This document shows, piece after piece, positions 60,844 through 64,000 of a stretch of DNA of 64,000 nt; position 1 is the stretch's first letter; every line of letters starts with the position of its first letter. Source of the stretch: Mobula hypostoma (lineage: Eukaryota); assembly GCF_963921235.1 (NCBI RefSeq), contig NC_086108.1, positions 5,580,001 to 5,644,000 on the forward strand, given 5' to 3'. A program made the translations under genes and the position numbers. The notes beneath the pieces are model-generated. The model did no database searches. It was not told the origin of the DNA and was given only the letters and a program-made list of their open reading frames with translations.

Positions 60844-60944
60844 CAGATGTGCAGATTGCCGTCAAAGTCCCCTGTAGCCAGGTGTCTCTGCTGCAGGCTG
60901 GAAGCTCCGAAAGTGCCACATCGGAAGGCTCTCGGCTTTTCAAT
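60844..60944 (-). CDS. DNAAF10: WDR92/DNAAF10-like coding exon 2 (101 nt)
   Basis: [34 protein letters not shown]; flanked by cccacag| and |gtaacg. Confidence 0.9.
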
Positions 60945-61550
60945 CTGTGGGATAAAGAAGACTTCCTGAACTTGTAGCATTAGGAGCAAGGATCAACTTC
61001 ATGCAGCAAGTGTTAGACCACAAAGTGTAGGAGCAGAATTAGGCCATTTGGCCCATCGAGTCTGCTCCACCATTCAATCATAGAACATAAGACCATAAGA
61101 CACAGCAGCTGAACTAAGCCATTCAGCTCATCGAGTCTGCTCCACTATTTCATCATGGCTGATTTATTATCCCTCTCAACCCCACTCTCCTGCCTTCTCC
61201 CCGTAACCCTTGACACCCTGACTGATCAAGAACCTATCCACCTCTGTTTTAAATAAACTCTCTGACTTGGTCGCCACAGCTGTCTGTGGCAACGAATTCC
61301 ACAGATTCACCACCCTCTGGCCAAAGAAGCTCCTCTTCATCTCTGTTCTAAACAAAACTCCCTCTATACTGAGGCTGGGTTCTCTGATCCTAGACTCCCC
61401 AACTACAGGAAATATCCTCTCGATGTAAAACAGCACATTACAGCCCTTGGGCTCACAATGTTATGCCGACCCTCCAACTCTCCCGAAACTAATCCAACCC
61501 TTTCCTCCCACAGAGCTCTCCATTCTTCTTTCATTCATGTTACAGGATCC

Positions 61551-61551
<1 letters not shown>

Positions 61552-61618
<67 letters not shown>

Positions 61619-61638
61619 CACACACACAGACATAGACA

Positions 61639-61673
<35 letters not shown>
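61552..61673 (+). repeat. (GACA)n/(CA)n microsatellite
   Basis: Read directly from the sequence. Confidence 0.9.
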
Positions 61674-61676
<3 letters not shown>

Positions 61677-62020
61677 GCTGGGGGAACTCAGCAGGTCAGG
61701 CAGCATCTAGGGACATGAATAAACAGATGACGTTTTGAGCCGAGACCTTTCTCTTGCACGGAGAAGGAAGGGGGAAGAAGCCTGAGTAAAAAAATGGGAG
61801 GAGAGGAAGGGGGACAGCTAGAAGGCGATCAGTGAAATCAGGTGGGTGGGAAAGGTAAGGGGCTGGAGAGGATAGAATCTGATAAAAAGGAGAGTGGACC
61901 ACAGGAGAAAGGGAAGGAGGAGGGGCACCAGGGGAGGTGATAGGCAGGTGAGAAGAGTTAAGAGGCCAGACTGGGGAATAGCCAGAAGAAGAAAATGATA
62001 TTTATGCCATCAGGTTGGAG
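61670..62020 (-). mobile_element. Penelope-like element 3' fragment
   Basis: Clear similarity to 32175-32580. Confidence 0.7.
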
Positions 62021-63323
62021 CATGCACTGCCCTCAATGAGGTGCTGTACATCAAATAGAAAAACTCCATTGAAAAATGACAGGAGTCAGGGTGTAGCCTC
62101 TGAACTCCTTGGGCTTACTGCAGACTCAATGGCATGACATAGTGAATAAGAAATGAAACTGAAAAATAAAAATAAACCCTGCAATTACCACATTGTTCTT
62201 TTCACAAAGGAAATATGCATTGACACGTAATAACTTAAGTTTAATAAGTTTCCTGCAGGTCAATATTATAAGATTCCAACAAGTAGATACTATAGGCAAA
62301 TAGTTCGTGTAAACCATTAGTATCTAGGTTAGTGTCTAATAAACTCAAAATTAACATTCTACTTCAGCCAAATCTTATTGATAGCTTTAGATCAGCTTCT
62401 AAACAATATAACATCAACTTACAAGCAATGCATCTGCTGGGGGAAACAACAGGAAGGCTTTATATAGAAACTCCTTCCGCTCAGAACATAAATCTCTGGA
62501 CTTCTGCCAGTCAGTATACTTTCTGACTTACTACTTCCTAATACAGATCTGAAACTGCTCTTAAAATAAAAGCTGTATGTGCTTATCACATAGAAAAGAA
62601 ATGAATGTATTGCCCAAAGGATAGAACATAGCACATCGAACTTTGTCTGTGTTCTCAGGTGGATAAAGATCAACCCATGGTTACTATTTCAAGGAAAGCT
62701 GTAACTTGATCGGTGTGTTTGATCAATGCCAGTTAAACAGAAATATTGAGTATTTGTTTTGCAGTTCATGAGGGCAAACTGACTGCGGCGTTCCCTGTGT
62801 TAAAACAGTCCAACCTAACCCATTGAGCTCTAAGCTCACTAAACACTCAAGAAATTCTGAAGATGCTGGAAATCCAAGCAAGATACACAAAACTTTGGAG
62901 GAAATCAGCAGGTCAGGCGGCGTATTTCATTCGGAGTTTGAGGAGGTTTGGTTTGTCACCTAATACACTCACAGATTTCTACAGCTGCACCGTGAAGTGC
63001 ATTTGAACTGGCTGTATCACCAGCTGGGGTGGGGGGAGCTACCGCACGGGTTCGAAGCAAGCTGCAGAGAGATGTAAACTTAGTCAGCTTCATCATGGGC
63101 ACTAGCCTTCGAAATAGCCAACACATCTTCAAGGAGCGGTGCCTCAAAAAGGCAGCATCCATCATTAAGGACCTCCATCACCCAGGACATGCCCTCTTCT
63201 CATTGCTACCATCAGGGAGGAGGTACAGGAGCCTGAAGACACACACTCAATGATTCAGGAACAGCTTCTTCCCCTCTGCCTTCCAGATTTCTGAATGGAC
63301 ATTGAACCCATGAACACTACCTC

Positions 63324-63465
63324 GTCCTGACGAAGGGTCTCGGCCTGAAACATCGACTGCGCCTCTTCCTATAGATGCTGCTTGGCCTGCTGCGTTCACC
63401 AGCAACTTTGATGTGTGTTGCTTGAATTTCCAGCATCTGCAGAATTCCTGTTGTTTGCGTTTAAA
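63324..63465 (+). mobile_element. Short Penelope 3'-end insertion with hammerhead core, nested in a Rex1/Babar-type LINE tail
   Basis: TSD aacactacctc at 63313-63323 and 63466-63476; insert begins GTC CTGACGA AGGGTCTCGGCCT GAAA CATC GAC. Confidence 0.8.
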
Positions 63466-64000
63466 AACACTACCTCACTACTTTTTTATTTCTATTATTA
63501 TGTATTGCACTGTACTGCTGCTGCAAAGTTAACAAATTTCTTGACATATGCCGGTGATAAACCTGATTCTGATTCATACTGTGGCTGTGGGATTCCCAAA
63601 GACCTATGGGTCGGTGGCTAACCAGGGTATTGATGCCATGAACATTAGCTTTTTACTACAGTACATTATAAACATCAACTACATCATCTTAAATTAACAT
63701 AAATTATACATAATACATTGCAATATTAACATATAAACATGGTGACATCAGTGCAAGTGGAGGGAAGCATAGTCCAAGGTAGAATTAGAGTTCTTCAGGT
63801 CAGTTCAGGATCCTGATGGTGGTTGGAAAAAGCTTTTGTTGAACCCTGAGCTGTGGGTCTTCATAAGACCATAAGACATAGGAGCAGAATTAGGTCATTT
63901 GGCCCATTGAGTCTGCTCCACCATTCAATCATGGCTGATCCTTTTATTTCCCCCTCCTCAGCCGTACTCCCCAGCCATCTCCCCATAACCTTTGATGCTG

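Noticed and set aside
60945..64000. WDR92-like exon 1
   Set aside because: I found no match to the expected N-terminal motif (KPQII...TVFDCKWVP); it is probably beyond the window end.

Overview
Eukaryotic, repeat-rich vertebrate DNA. The CR1, Penelope, Rex1/Babar, RTE and V-SINE repeat landscape suggests a cartilaginous fish, probably a ray (inference). Three spliced genes can be rebuilt from GT-AG sites and reading frame. (1) CCDC97 on the minus strand: the first two coding exons are here (3211-3244, 653-1165) and the gene continues left of the window. (2) A complete SRSF5-family splicing factor on the plus strand: 7 coding exons over 7929-18236, 284 aa, head-to-head with CCDC97. It has a CpG-rich promoter with an array of TGATTGACA motifs and a candidate poison/alternative-acceptor element in the intron that splits SWQ|DLKD. 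(3) A divergent WDR92/DNAAF10-like gene on the minus strand: coding exons 2-8 over 60944-31948, with exon 1 not found in the window. The rest is mostly decayed transposable elements. These include Penelope-like elements with minimal hammerhead ribozymes (one with an intact core, sense to the WDR92-like pre-mRNA), fold-back Penelope insertions with target-site duplications, two Tc1 DD34E relics and a mariner MITE with four TIR copies. There is also a near full-length CR1, a 95-bp satellite born inside a LINE tail, and large simple-sequence tracts. No prokaryote-type system (CRISPR or similar) is present. All homology calls come from recalled family motifs, not database searches.
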